DNA of 64,000 nucleotides. Origin: Kiritimatiellia bacterium (GTDB lineage: Bacteria; Verrucomicrobiota; Kiritimatiellia; UBA8416; JBFIFS01). The stretch is taken from NCBI GenBank assembly GCA_041602695.1, contig JBFIFS010000003.1, positions 678 through 64,677 on the forward strand. The letters are read 5' to 3'. This document shows positions 31,556-41,930 of the stretch, piece by piece; position 1 is the first letter of the stretch; each line of letters starts with the position of its first letter. Below the pieces are notes generated by a model, which did not search any database, was not told where the DNA came from, and worked only from the letters and a program-made list of their open reading frames with translations. Both the position numbers and the translations under genes were made by a program.

Positions 31556-31633
31556 CCCGCACTGCCGACTTTCTCTCCGCTTGCGGTCAGCTGTCTTTAC
31601 TTGATACAGTTTTAAGTCGGTGGAAATACAGAA

Positions 31634-32464
31634 ATGTTTAGAGCTTCATACAAAATAGCGACGATATTCGGAATTCCGATCAAGCTGCACATATCGGTAA
31701 TTGTCCTGCTCCTGATGTATGTAATGGACTTCCCCTTCCCTTACGGCATCCTCGTTGGGCTTGGAATGCTTGTAAGCATTTCCCTTCACGAGCTCGGGCA
31801 CTCAGTTGTGGCACTCTCCAAGAAGTGCCGCGTACGTGAGATAACGCTTATGTTCATGGGCGGGGTGGCCCAGATGGAGAGCATCCCTCGAAAGCCGCTC
31901 GACGAGTTCCTGATGGCAATTGCAGGACCGGCCGTAAGCGCGGCACTGGGTGGCTCCCTGATAGTAACCAGCTTGCGCTTCCCCCTGCCGGCGATTCCCG
32001 GCCTGGGCTGGGACCTGCTCTTCTTCCTGGGCGTGGTGAACTGCGCACTGGCAGTTTTCAATATGATACCCGCCTTCCCGATGGACGGCGGACGCGTACT
32101 GCGCGCCGCGCTCACCCCCTTTATGGGCCGGCTTAAAGCCACGCAGGTAGCCGCGTCTATAGGCAAGTTCGCCGCACTGTGTTTCGGAGTCTGGGGGCTG
32201 CTGGAGCTTCGCTTCATCCTCGTGGCAATAGCGATATTCATATACTTTGCGGCTACCAATGAATACCGCATGGTACTGATGCAGGAACGGGGCCGCCAGT
32301 TCGGCTTCTGGGACTGGGTTCGGGCGGCTTCCGGGCAGCGGCCGCCCGCAGGGGACCCAGGCGGCGAAGACGAGGTAATCATCTCCCCTCCCCCTTACGA
32401 GAGAGGCCCCTCCGAGCGTTCCCGCCTTTCGGAGGACACGGAATCGCCATTTGATCAGCTCTAG
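31634..32464 (+). CDS. M50-family site-2 zinc metalloprotease
   Basis: HELGHS in a TM helix and FNMIPAFPMDGG (NxxPxxxxDG). Confidence 0.8.
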   Translation: MFRASYKIATIFGIPIKLHISVIVLLLMYVMDFPFPYGILVGLGMLVSISLHELGHSVVALSKKCRVREITLMFMGGVAQMESIPRKPLDEFLMAIAGPAVSAALGGSLIVTSLRFPLPAIPGLGWDLLFFLGVVNCALAVFNMIPAFPMDGGRVLRAALTPFMGRLKATQVAASIGKFAALCFGVWGLLELRFILVAIAIFIYFAATNEYRMVLMQERGRQFGFWDWVRAASGQRPPAGDPGGEDEVIISPPPYERGPSERSRLSEDTESPFDQL

Positions 32465-32535
32465 CAGTACAAAAAAAAGCGTGATATCAGCGGTGGGAAT
32501 GTTACCATTTTCTGCTTGAAAGCGAGGTTAGTTAA

Positions 32536-32940
32536 ATGAAGAAGATCGTTTCCATCGACGACGAACCGGCGATGCTCAGCTGCATGTCGAATGCGCTGGA
32601 GGGCAAAGGCTATGAGCTCATCATCACCAGTGACCCGGAAGAGGGGCTGAAGATCCTCAGGGAACGAGACGACATTTGCCTCGCGATGCTGGATGTGCGC
32701 ATGCCAAAGATCAGCGGATTCGACATCTTCAAGGAAATCCGGAAGACAAAGGATATGCCTGTTCTTTTTGTTACCGCATATCCCCGCTGGTTTAACGCGG
32801 AGTCGGAAGAAATAGCCCAGATGTGGCAGTCGGAATTCGCCGATGGGACAACAGACATGATTTATAAACCGTTCGACCTCGAGGCTCTTTTCGAAAAGGT
32901 AGAAGCACTGGTCGGAGCAGCAGAAGAACTCAAAGACTAA
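32536..32940 (+). CDS. stand-alone response regulator receiver protein
   Basis: CheY-like: DDEP, the phospho-acceptor Asp in AMLDVRMP, and a conserved K later. 134 aa. Confidence 0.8.
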   Translation: MKKIVSIDDEPAMLSCMSNALEGKGYELIITSDPEEGLKILRERDDICLAMLDVRMPKISGFDIFKEIRKTKDMPVLFVTAYPRWFNAESEEIAQMWQSEFADGTTDMIYKPFDLEALFEKVEALVGAAEELKD

Positions 32941-33269
32941 TGCCACAGCAAGACCTAAAGAACAACCAAGACATCCGGAAAGTGCTCGTAAGGCATTGGA
33001 TCGACCTGGGTCGTGTGGGAATCTACAGTCGATCAGGGAACGTCACTATACGAGGCAACATGCAGCTGCTTCGAGGTGTGAAGCACGATTTGGACAGCCA
33101 GCTCATGGAAAATATTTTTCGTGAAATTAACCGCATCAAGGAAATCAAACGCGTGCACGTTGAACTGGACAATTGGACATTCCTTGAAGGTGCGTGGCAC
33201 AAACGTGAAAACGCCAAGGTTAGAGCCAAGTCCTATGACGACACTCGTCCGGGAACTTACGAGATGTAG
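32940..33269 (+). CDS. hypothetical protein (109 aa)
   Basis: TAATG overlap with the response regulator. No family recognised. Confidence 0.45.
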   Translation: MPQQDLKNNQDIRKVLVRHWIDLGRVGIYSRSGNVTIRGNMQLLRGVKHDLDSQLMENIFREINRIKEIKRVHVELDNWTFLEGAWHKRENAKVRAKSYDDTRPGTYEM

Positions 33270-33286
33270 CACGCCTCAGGCTGCCT

Positions 33287-35200
33287 ATGAAGACTAACGC
33301 CCTTTCCAGATGGACCAGTGAAGATTCGGCCGAAACCTATTTCATCAGGAACTGGGGTGCTCAATATTTCGACATATCGGAGGACGGGCACGTCCTGGTG
33401 AAGCCTGGAGGCCCGGGCAGTGAGGCGACAATTGACCTGTATGACACTGTCAAGGAGCTTGCCGGCAAAGACTGCAGCATGCCGGTGCTGATCCGCTTTG
33501 CGGACATACTGGCAAGACAGATACGCGAGCTCAACAGCAGCTTCGCGACGGTTATGAAGGAAGCCCGGTACAAAGGCGGTTATCAGGCGGTCTTCCCGAT
33601 CAAGGTCAACCAGAAGCAGCTTGTGGTGCAGGACATAATGGAGTTCGGCCGCAAGTTCCATCATGGCCTGGAGGCAGGCAGCAAGGCCGAACTCATCGCC
33701 GCAGTCGCGAACAACAGGAACCCCAAGGCACTGCTCATATGCAACGGATACAAGGACGAGGAGTTTATCGACCTCGCGCTCTACGCGGGCAAGCTGGGTT
33801 CGCGCGTGGTGATTGTAATCGAAATGCCTGACGAGCTGGACCTCATCATCGAGCGCGCCCGTGCCCTCGGCGTAACCCCCACCCTGGGTGTTAGAGCCAA
33901 GCTTTCGAGCAGGGCCGGTGGTCATTGGGACTCGTCCGGCGGAGATCGCAGCAAGTTTGGGCTCGACGCTTCGCAGATAGTCGATGTTGTGGACAAACTC
34001 AAAAAAGAAGGCATGCTGAATCGCCTGCAGCTTCTGCATTACCACATAGGCAGTCAGGTCTCCGACATACGACGTATCCGGAATGCCCTCCGGGAAGCAT
34101 GCCGTTTCTATGTGGACCTTGCCGCCGACGGTGCGCCGATGGGCATCCTCAATATCGGCGGCGGCCTGGCTGTTGACTATGACGGCTCCCACACAAATTT
34201 CGCGAGCAGCTCCAATTATTCGATGAAGGAGTATGCCGCCGATGTGGTAGAGGTCGTAATGGCAACAGCTGACGAGCATGAGGTCCCGCATCCGATGATC
34301 GTAAGCGAGTCAGGGCGGGCCACAGTCGCTCATCACTCCGTGCTGGTTTTCAATGTTCTCGATGTACGCCGCTTTGAGCCGCACAGGATCCCGGACGAAC
34401 TCCCGGAGCATTCCAACCAGATGCTGCTCAACCTGATAGATGCCCGCAACACCCTCACGCCCCGCAATTACCAGGAGATCTATCACGACGCTGTCTACTA
34501 CCGTGACGAGTTGCGCGCCATGTTCCTGCACGGGGACGCTTCGATCAGGGAGCGGGCCACTGGAGAGGACGTCTTCTGGCACATCATCCGGCGGATCGCG
34601 GACATCGCACGGGACAGGAAATACATTCCTGACGAAATGGCTGACCTTGATCGGGCGATTTCAGACGTCTATTACTGCAACTTCTCCCTTTTCCAGTCTT
34701 TGCCTGACTCATGGGCCGTAGACCAGCTGTTTCCTGTCATGCCGATTCACAGGCTCAACGAAAACCCCACGCGGCAGGGCGTAATCGCTGATATCACATG
34801 CGATTCTGACGGCAAGATAGACAGGTTTATCGACCTCCACGACGTAAGGAAGATCCTCCCGTTACACGAGCTCAATAAGGAGGAATACTATCTGGGCGTC
34901 TTTTTGGTAGGGGCCTACCAGGAGACCCTGGGCGACATGCACAACCTGCTTGGCACGACGAACGTCATACATATTCGGATCGACTCAGAGGGCCAGCCCC
35001 AGATCATCCGGGAGACTCCCGGCGACTCTGTCGGCGAAGTTCTGTCTTATGTCGAATACAAGCCCCGCGAGATGATGCGAAAGATCCGTGCGCGCGCAAG
35101 TCGCGCAAAGGACAGCGGGCGGCTGTCCGAAACGGACCACAGCGATCTGGTGTCCGCTTTTAAGAGTGGTCTCGAAGGCTACACTTACTTCGAGAGGTAG
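33287..35200 (+). CDS. speA: biosynthetic arginine decarboxylase
   Basis: 637 aa. N-terminal W..EDSAETYFIRNWG..YF and FPIKVNQ (PLP-Lys). Confidence 0.9.
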   Translation: MKTNALSRWTSEDSAETYFIRNWGAQYFDISEDGHVLVKPGGPGSEATIDLYDTVKELAGKDCSMPVLIRFADILARQIRELNSSFATVMKEARYKGGYQAVFPIKVNQKQLVVQDIMEFGRKFHHGLEAGSKAELIAAVANNRNPKALLICNGYKDEEFIDLALYAGKLGSRVVIVIEMPDELDLIIERARALGVTPTLGVRAKLSSRAGGHWDSSGGDRSKFGLDASQIVDVVDKLKKEGMLNRLQLLHYHIGSQVSDIRRIRNALREACRFYVDLAADGAPMGILNIGGGLAVDYDGSHTNFASSSNYSMKEYAADVVEVVMATADEHEVPHPMIVSESGRATVAHHSVLVFNVLDVRRFEPHRIPDELPEHSNQMLLNLIDARNTLTPRNYQEIYHDAVYYRDELRAMFLHGDASIRERATGEDVFWHIIRRIADIARDRKYIPDEMADLDRAISDVYYCNFSLFQSLPDSWAVDQLFPVMPIHRLNENPTRQGVIADITCDSDGKIDRFIDLHDVRKILPLHELNKEEYYLGVFLVGAYQETLGDMHNLLGTTNVIHIRIDSEGQPQIIRETPGDSVGEVLSYVEYKPREMMRKIRARASRAKDSGRLSETDHSDLVSAFKSGLEGYTYFER

Positions 35201-35206
35201 AGCTAG

Positions 35207-36076
35207 ATGCCCCATTTCCTGGACATTCCAAAAGCCGCAGCGCGTTCACGCAAATCCCCTTACGCCCTGCTTCCGATACCCTACGAGAAGTCCACCTCCT
35301 ACGGAAAAGGCACTTCCCGGGGCCCTGCTGCGTTAATCAAAGCAAGCCACGAGATAGACACCGTGGACGAGGAACTGCTTCTGCCAATAGATGTTCCGGT
35401 TCAAACACTCCCGGCGCTGAAGCTCGGAAGCAAGACTCCGGCCGCTGCCATGCGGGCGATCTACAGCGCGGCGGCAAAACTGCAGAAAGCCGGGCGATTT
35501 GTGATGGCGGTTGGCGGTGAGCACAGTGTGTCGGAGCCGCTCATTCGTGCCGCCGCCGAAAGCCACAGAAAACTATCGGTGCTGTGCCTGGATGCCCACC
35601 TGGACCTGCGGGACAAATACACGGGCAGCAGGTATTCCCACGCTTCTGTTATGAAGAGGGTTATGGAACAGGGCATCCCCGTTGTACACGCCGGAATCCG
35701 CAGTCTCTGTGAAGAGGAACTCGATGTGGCGCGAAGATCGAAGCTTCCCGTCTTCTTTGCCCGCTACATGCTTGAAAAGCCGGCGCGCAAGATAGCAGCA
35801 GAGATATGCAGGCAGCTCACCGATGATGTCTACATTTCAGTGGATGTCGATGCCCTTGATCCCTCGATCATGCCGGGTACAGGAACCCCGGAACCCGGAG
35901 GGCTGGACTGGTACATGGTCATTGATATCCTTAAGGAGGTTGTCCGGCGGAAGAGTGTCGTCTCGGCCGATCTTGTCGAGCTGTCTCCCCTGCCCGGCTC
36001 AAACGTCAGCGAATACACTGCTGCCCGCCTGGCCCAGAAGATCCTGACTTACCACTGGCACCGGGAAGCGCTGTAG
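35207..36076 (+). CDS. speB: agmatinase (ureohydrolase family)
   Basis: GGEHSV, DAHLDLR and SVDVDALDP Mn-binding motifs. Follows speA. Confidence 0.9.
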   Translation: MPHFLDIPKAAARSRKSPYALLPIPYEKSTSYGKGTSRGPAALIKASHEIDTVDEELLLPIDVPVQTLPALKLGSKTPAAAMRAIYSAAAKLQKAGRFVMAVGGEHSVSEPLIRAAAESHRKLSVLCLDAHLDLRDKYTGSRYSHASVMKRVMEQGIPVVHAGIRSLCEEELDVARRSKLPVFFARYMLEKPARKIAAEICRQLTDDVYISVDVDALDPSIMPGTGTPEPGGLDWYMVIDILKEVVRRKSVVSADLVELSPLPGSNVSEYTAARLAQKILTYHWHREAL

Positions 36077-36201
36077 CTGATAAGAATTTACCTTTTCCAT
36101 AGTCCATTTCTCCGCCATATCCTTCCCTTCTTTCCTGTAGAACACATTCGCCCATTTCCCTTCTGTTCAAAGCCCCCTCCTGTTCTGTATATTGCGAATC
36201 G

Positions 36202-36588
36202 ATGAGACCTAAAAAGAAAGCTTCGCCTGAGAGGCGCGCGCAGCTGCTCGAGGAGCTGCATCGTGACAGGGAGGCCAGGAACTCAGGCTACCGCGCCAGG
36301 GCCCTCAAGCTCTTCCCGCATATCTGCGCCTCATGCGCCCGTGAGTTCTCAGGGAAGCGGCTTAAGGAGCTTACCGTCCATCACAAGGACCACAACCACA
36401 ACAACAATCCGCCCGACGGAAGTAACTGGGAGCTCCTCTGCATCTACTGCCACGATCATGAACACGAAAAAGGACTTGGCGGGAGAGCCGCCAACGCAGA
36501 AAGCAGCGAGCCCGACAGCACCCCATCAATCGCAAACCCCTTTGACGCCCTCGACGCCCTGACCACGGGCACAGAATACGAAAACTAG
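36202..36588 (+). CDS. yajD: YajD-family HNH nuclease
   Basis: HHKDHNHNNN...NWELLCIYCHDHEH. Confidence 0.75.
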   Translation: MRPKKKASPERRAQLLEELHRDREARNSGYRARALKLFPHICASCAREFSGKRLKELTVHHKDHNHNNNPPDGSNWELLCIYCHDHEHEKGLGGRAANAESSEPDSTPSIANPFDALDALTTGTEYEN

Positions 36589-36620
36589 CCTTTATCGGTT
36601 GACTGCTCCCGACAATGATT

Positions 36621-37280
36621 CTAGTCGAGCTTGTACTTCCTGTAGTTCAGGCAGAAGTTGTCGCCTTCGCTCTCGTAGATTTCGTAGAGCTGGGTGATCT
36701 TTCTCATAACCGTTGCGCGGTCCTCTGCGAGAAGAAGGTTGTCCATATCACGCGCGCCTATCATGCCCCGTGCCTGCGGAACCTTTTCGAGCCACTCCAA
36801 AAGGCCTTCCCACATGTCACCGTAGAGAATGATGGGGATGTTGCAGATGTGGTTCACCTGGGTGAGCTGCCATGTGTAAAAGAACTCCAGGCATGTGCCT
36901 ACGCCGCCCGGCGCAACCACGCAGACCTGTGACAGGATCATGAACGTGTCCAGCCTGTTGGAAAACCGCGTGAAGTGTTGTTCGATGTCGAGGTGAGGGT
37001 TTGCGCCCACTTCAAAAGGCAGCTTGATGGTCAGGCCGATAGAATGTGAGTCACTGTCGATAGAGCCGGCCTGATGGCCCGCGTTCGCTGCTTCCATCAG
37101 CCCCGGGCCTCCACCCGTGACAAGGTCAAAGTCCATGCTGCCGATCTCTTTGCCAAGCTCATAGATGTCCTGGTAGACGGGCTCCTCTTTCTTCGTCTGG
37201 GCCGAACCAAAAATACTCACGCGAAAGCGCTTCTCAGCTATGGTGTCAGCCAGCTCTTTCTCGGTTTTGATACTTTTCAT
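36621..37280 (-). CDS. LOG/TIGR00730-family (lysine-decarboxylase-like) nucleotide-binding protein
   Basis: GGGPGLMEAANAGH and PGGVGTCLEFF. Start at ATG 37280 (MKSIKTEK...). Confidence 0.75.
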   Translation of the reverse strand: MKSIKTEKELADTIAEKRFRVSIFGSAQTKKEEPVYQDIYELGKEIGSMDFDLVTGGGPGLMEAANAGHQAGSIDSDSHSIGLTIKLPFEVGANPHLDIEQHFTRFSNRLDTFMILSQVCVVAPGGVGTCLEFFYTWQLTQVNHICNIPIILYGDMWEGLLEWLEKVPQARGMIGARDMDNLLLAEDRATVMRKITQLYEIYESEGDNFCLNYRKYKLD

Positions 37281-37452
37281 ATTTAAAGAATAGCAATTAT
37301 TCCGCACCGCATCCAACACACTTCTTTCTGCCGGTGGCGCTGACAACCCTCTACTTGCCCATACTCCACACAATCGCCTCCGGCCGCACGCTACTGCCGC
37401 AACTAGTGTGAAGCATAACTCCAAGACACCCTAAGCTGATGAGTTGCCTGCG

Positions 37453-37992
37453 CTACCTGCTGAGCTGTCTCGCTTTAGCTATCATCCCGATAACTGATTT
37501 GATGCTAAACGCTATAAGGGATACCATCAGCACAGGGAAGCCCACGGGCGCCTCCATCTTCCATGCCACAAGCGTAACAAGCGCGGCAGGAAATAGGACG
37601 AGGAACGCCGGTATCCGCCCCCATCTCTTTACGCCCATCATACTTGCCGCAATACCGACCAGGATCGTCGGCAACGCCGCCACGGCCAGAACGATCTCGA
37701 CAATCTGGATGACTCCGCCGCCGTACGACGGCTTCACAAGACTTATGAAAGCGGATATAGGCCCCGTAACCGGCACGGAGCCGGTGAAAGTCGGCTGCGA
37801 TTGCCTCAGCTCCTCCTTGGCTGCCTCCAGCTCAGCCAGCGCCGACGCAACTTGTTTCGTGTCAGATTCGGACAGATCGCCGACTGTCTGCGTCTGAACG
37901 GGAAGCTCCTGAGTGCAGAATGGGCAGTTAGGCATTTGCGCCGACACCAGCTTATCGCAAGCAGGGCATTTCATCTTCTGAGATTCAGTCAT
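37453..37992 (-). CDS. zinc-ribbon membrane protein, hypothetical
   Basis: N-terminal CPAC...CPFC ribbon, a coiled segment, then three hydrophobic helices. Confidence 0.55.
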   Translation of the reverse strand: MTESQKMKCPACDKLVSAQMPNCPFCTQELPVQTQTVGDLSESDTKQVASALAELEAAKEELRQSQPTFTGSVPVTGPISAFISLVKPSYGGGVIQIVEIVLAVAALPTILVGIAASMMGVKRWGRIPAFLVLFPAALVTLVAWKMEAPVGFPVLMVSLIAFSIKSVIGMIAKARQLSR

Positions 37993-38420
37993 GGCGATTA
38001 CTGCTTACAGAATTTCTTTTTTTCACAACGCACCGACGCTCCCCTTGCTTTTCGCAAAATACAGTTAAACAGTCAGTCTTTCAAGAGGATTTGCCACTCA
38101 GATGCTTGTCGCGCGGAGCGATTTCAGAAAGCTTCTGACCCGAATAGGCCCGTCTAGGCGCACCCCGCCTTGAAACGCAGGCGTCCAGGCCAGGGCGTCT
38201 TGCCACGCTGAAGGAAGCCAGCAACAGCACACACGGGCAACGCCTGCTCGAACCAGAGTCGCAGGTGGCGCTGCTTTCTACTTTCTCGGCCTGACCCTGT
38301 AGACGCTCATACCACCCGGGGCTGCTCCCCCGGCGCGGGCCTCGCCGAGCTTGATACTCACTTGCTTCGCATGTATAAGACTCCATGGGGTGTATTATCG
38401 GCGAAGCGGAGGCATGACGG

Positions 38421-40055
38421 ATGGAGCGCGCTATATTCAGGGCAGTTCTTATCAAACCCAGCCATTACGATGACGACGGTTATGTCATCCAGTGGCACAG
38501 GTCCCTGGTGCCTGCCAACTCTCTCGCCAGCCTTCACGGTCTTATCCAGGCGCAGGCTGGGTCAGGTGCGGTTGGTGATGACACAGACATTGACGTAGTT
38601 CCAATAGACGAAACGAACACGCACGTATGTCCGGATTCAATCGCACGTTCGATACATGAAGCGGATGCGGGCTTCGTAGGAATGGTCGGCGTCCAGAGCT
38701 GTCAGTTTCCCCGTGCCATGGATATCGCCCGCCAGCTGCGCGAAAAAGGAATCACCGTTGTCATAGGCGGGCCCCATGTCTCAGGCGTGATGGCGCTTCT
38801 TGGCGATGACGTCCTGGGCCTCGGGGAAGCACGCGAGCTTGGCATCTCGCTCTTCGCCGGCGAAGCCGAAGACCTTATCGGAGAACTTCTAAGCGATATC
38901 GTGGCAGGCACGGCGAAGCCGCTTTACAACACCCTCGCCAATCGGCCTTCACTGCAGGGAAAACCGGGCCCTTGGCTGCCAGAGGAGGTGGCCCGCCGCG
39001 TAGAAGGGCTCTATGGGTCATTCGGATGTGGCCGCGGCTGCCCCTACGACTGCTCATTCTGTACGATAGCAAACATACAGGGACGGGGCTCCAGGCCAAG
39101 AAGTGCTGACGATGTGGAGCGGATCATCAGGAAGAACTACGGCGGCGGCATAAGGCGCTTCCTGATTGTGGATGACAACTTCGCGCGGAACGTTAATCGC
39201 GACGAGATACTCGCCAGAATGGCCGCCCTGCGCAGTGAAGGCGTCAAAGCAAGGCACCTGATGCAAGTCGATGCGGAGGCCCATCGCATTCCGGGTTTCG
39301 TTAGGGAATGCCGGAAGGCCGGCGTTCTTTGGGTTCTGATAGGCATCGAAAGCATCAACCCCGACAACCTGAAATCAATCAGGAAGCGACAGAACCGGAT
39401 TGCCGGTTACCGCGAGATGCTGGAGGCATGGGGAGCCGTGGGCATTGGCGTAATCGGCAGCTACATCATCGGATTCCAACACGACACACCTGCCAGCGTC
39501 CGCGAGGATATTCTGACAATCAAGCGGGACCTGCCCCTCCATGTTCTCAGCGTGTTCATGCTGACCCCAATGCCGGGATCGAAAGACCACCAGGAGCTCT
39601 GGGAGAAGAAGGGCCCGCTCGAGCCGGACTTGAATCAGTATGACCTGATTCATGCGGCAACAACCCACCCGCACATGGAACGGGAGGAGTGGGCAGAGCT
39701 CTACAGAAGCATTCCCGGCTTGTTCTATGATGATGAGAACATAGAACGCATCATGCGGCGTAACATCGAGCATGGTCGCTCCGCCAAGATGATGGCCTGG
39801 TGGTGCACCTGCTACAAGGCATCACTGGCGATCGAGAAGGTCCACCCGCTGGACTACGGCTGGATTCGCCGACGCTGCAGAACTCAGCGTCGACCCGGGC
39901 GTCCCATTGTCCCCGCCCTTCTATTCTATCCTTGGCACTGGGCAACGACCGCGTCCAGGCTCATCCGGTTCCTTGCGCTGCTCTTCAAATACCGCAGGCT
40001 CGCGAAAAAAGTAGAGAAGTCCAACAGGCGAGGGTTTACCGAGCCGTCACGCTAG
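38421..40055 (+). CDS. B12-binding-domain radical SAM protein
   Basis: N-terminal cobalamin-binding-like Rossmann domain (AVLIKPSHYDDDGY). Radical SAM cluster motif CPYDCSFC. 544 aa. Confidence 0.8.
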   Translation: MERAIFRAVLIKPSHYDDDGYVIQWHRSLVPANSLASLHGLIQAQAGSGAVGDDTDIDVVPIDETNTHVCPDSIARSIHEADAGFVGMVGVQSCQFPRAMDIARQLREKGITVVIGGPHVSGVMALLGDDVLGLGEARELGISLFAGEAEDLIGELLSDIVAGTAKPLYNTLANRPSLQGKPGPWLPEEVARRVEGLYGSFGCGRGCPYDCSFCTIANIQGRGSRPRSADDVERIIRKNYGGGIRRFLIVDDNFARNVNRDEILARMAALRSEGVKARHLMQVDAEAHRIPGFVRECRKAGVLWVLIGIESINPDNLKSIRKRQNRIAGYREMLEAWGAVGIGVIGSYIIGFQHDTPASVREDILTIKRDLPLHVLSVFMLTPMPGSKDHQELWEKKGPLEPDLNQYDLIHAATTHPHMEREEWAELYRSIPGLFYDDENIERIMRRNIEHGRSAKMMAWWCTCYKASLAIEKVHPLDYGWIRRRCRTQRRPGRPIVPALLFYPWHWATTASRLIRFLALLFKYRRLAKKVEKSNRRGFTEPSR

Positions 40056-40612
40056 CCCAGCAGGTCCTGAAGAAGAATCTTGAGCCCTATGGCTATGAGG
40101 ACGATTCCTGCGACGATTTCTATCTTCTTCTCAAAGAAATGACCGGATTTGTCACCGATGTATACGCCTGCGAGCGACATGAAGAATGTGATCACACCGA
40201 TCACAATGACGGGCAATAGTATCGAAACACAGAGGACTGCCAAGCTGAGCCCCACTGCAAAAGCGTCTATACTCGTTGCGACAGACAGGATGAAGAGCAC
40301 GTACAGATCGAGCGGGTTGGTCTTCTTTTCGACCTCTTCAATCTTGAAGGCTTCATAGATCATCTTGGCCCCGATGAAAGTGAGGAGCCCGAACGCCAGC
40401 CAGTGGTCGCAGCCCTGGATGTACTTGACGACCTGTCCGCCCAGCATCCATCCAAGCAGCGGCATGACGGCCTGAAACAGCCCGAACCAGACAGCTATGG
40501 TAACGGCGTGCTTAAGGCGCAGGTTGTGGATTGTGATGCCGCTGGCAATGGACACGGCAAATGCGTCCATGGCAAGGGCGAAGGCGGTTATGACTATTTC
40601 GACAATCGACAT
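40052..40612 (-). CDS. mntP: manganese efflux pump MntP
   Basis: Duplicated AMDAFAVS / SIDAFAVG motifs, six TM helices, 186 aa. Confidence 0.85.
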   Translation of the reverse strand: MSIVEIVITAFALAMDAFAVSIASGITIHNLRLKHAVTIAVWFGLFQAVMPLLGWMLGGQVVKYIQGCDHWLAFGLLTFIGAKMIYEAFKIEEVEKKTNPLDLYVLFILSVATSIDAFAVGLSLAVLCVSILLPVIVIGVITFFMSLAGVYIGDKSGHFFEKKIEIVAGIVLIAIGLKILLQDLLG

Positions 40613-40619
40613 GCGCGGA

Positions 40620-41702
40620 CTATATCACCCGGTACTTTGAAAGAAAAGCCTCTGCCCTTCCCCTCTCAGAAGCAGGCACATGGAAGCTGGCGTAAAGGCC
40701 CTCGGCGGTGCCCAGCTGCTCCGCAACGGCGTCAAAGCAGTCCATGCCGCCAAGGACCTGTATACGCTTACCGGCATCACGTATCTTTCGGTAGACCTCG
40801 GGCCATTCGCTGCAAGGCGCGGCCCCATCACCCGGAACCCACTGCACCCCGTTGAGGGCCTCGATCTCCAGCAGGGAGTCCAGATGGGGCAACTGCCCCG
40901 CACCATCAAGATGGTAGAAGGCGTGCGTGAGCTTTTCACAGCTTGCAGCCAGCTCCGGTTTAACAAATTCATCAAACATATCCGGGCCTATCATGTAGCA
41001 GAAATCACACTGCAGCATGTAGTAAGGCTCCAGGGACAGTATAGGGGTCCAGGCCGTATGGCCTGGGTTCGCGGGTTGCAGAATCGAATTGATTGCGTCG
41101 AAATACTTAAACCAGCAGTCATGCACCTCAGAGGTCAGGCGTTTGACGCTGTCGGGATCATCATACAAATCCATGAGAAGACGCTCCGACGGCCTGAAAC
41201 TCGAAACGACATCCAGGGATCCGCCAAGGTCCGTCATGGACATTTGAACCCCGCCCTGCCAGCGATCCATGGCAGCCTCGTAGATTTCACAGACCCGCCT
41301 GTAGTGGACATTTTCCTCATCAAAACGGATTGAAATCTGCTTCGCCTCGAGTTCTTCTGAAGCGCTGAACCAGGTCGTATGCTCAGTATTGTGCAGTTCA
41401 CAACCCGTGAACGCCGCCATTACTCCGGGCCCGAAATAGGCATTGCTTACAGGAAACGCATCACCCAGGTATTCCTGGCAGCTCATGTTAAAGTCCCAGA
41501 CATCAACTATCTCTCCGGCAGGAACATCGTACGCGTAATGCGAAGTGAATTGCCTGGAAGGCAGCTCGGGCTTCTCTCGGCCTGGGTCATATGCGCCGCC
41601 AACTGTCACCTGTAACAGAGGCCGCTTCAGCTGCCCGTCCCACCAGTTGCCGTGGTTCTCGACCACCTCATCCCATCTTGATCTCTCGAAATGTATCGTC
41701 AT
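40620..41702 (-). CDS. hypothetical protein, weak resemblance to the URO-D/MtaA TIM-barrel superfamily
   Basis: 360 aa with a good SD (AAGGAG). The C-terminal HLDGAGQLPHLDSLLEIEALNGVQW resembles URO-D-like proteins. Function call is low confidence. Confidence 0.45.
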   Translation of the reverse strand: MTIHFERSRWDEVVENHGNWWDGQLKRPLLQVTVGGAYDPGREKPELPSRQFTSHYAYDVPAGEIVDVWDFNMSCQEYLGDAFPVSNAYFGPGVMAAFTGCELHNTEHTTWFSASEELEAKQISIRFDEENVHYRRVCEIYEAAMDRWQGGVQMSMTDLGGSLDVVSSFRPSERLLMDLYDDPDSVKRLTSEVHDCWFKYFDAINSILQPANPGHTAWTPILSLEPYYMLQCDFCYMIGPDMFDEFVKPELAASCEKLTHAFYHLDGAGQLPHLDSLLEIEALNGVQWVPGDGAAPCSEWPEVYRKIRDAGKRIQVLGGMDCFDAVAEQLGTAEGLYASFHVPASERGRAEAFLSKYRVI

Positions 41703-41930
41703 AACCAGCTCCTTGAGTCAGGCACTATAGGAATGTCTGATTCCATTTTCAAGCCGACCTGCGGCCGAGAATCTCATCTGATTCATCCAGGTGTCTCAAA
41801 AACAGCGCGAAAGGAGAGACAAGCACACTTCCCGGCATCAGAAACGACTTAAAAACCATTCTTTTAGAGGTAAACGCGAAACAGGCACGCTACCTGCATA
41901 GAGTATAGGCATGAAGACGGAGGTAACAAA

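Noticed and set aside
33257-34291. 344-aa minus-strand ORF inside speA
   Set aside because: Fully antisense to an unambiguous arginine decarboxylase gene. No recognisable domain. Judged a GC-driven spurious ORF.
38195-38260. GCUGAAGGAAGCCAGC, reminiscent of the SRP (4.5S) RNA GGAAGGAAGCAGCC core
   Set aside because: The flanking sequence lacks the conserved GGUCC-GGAA tetraloop helix and the complementary 3' strand. I could not fold an SRP domain IV.
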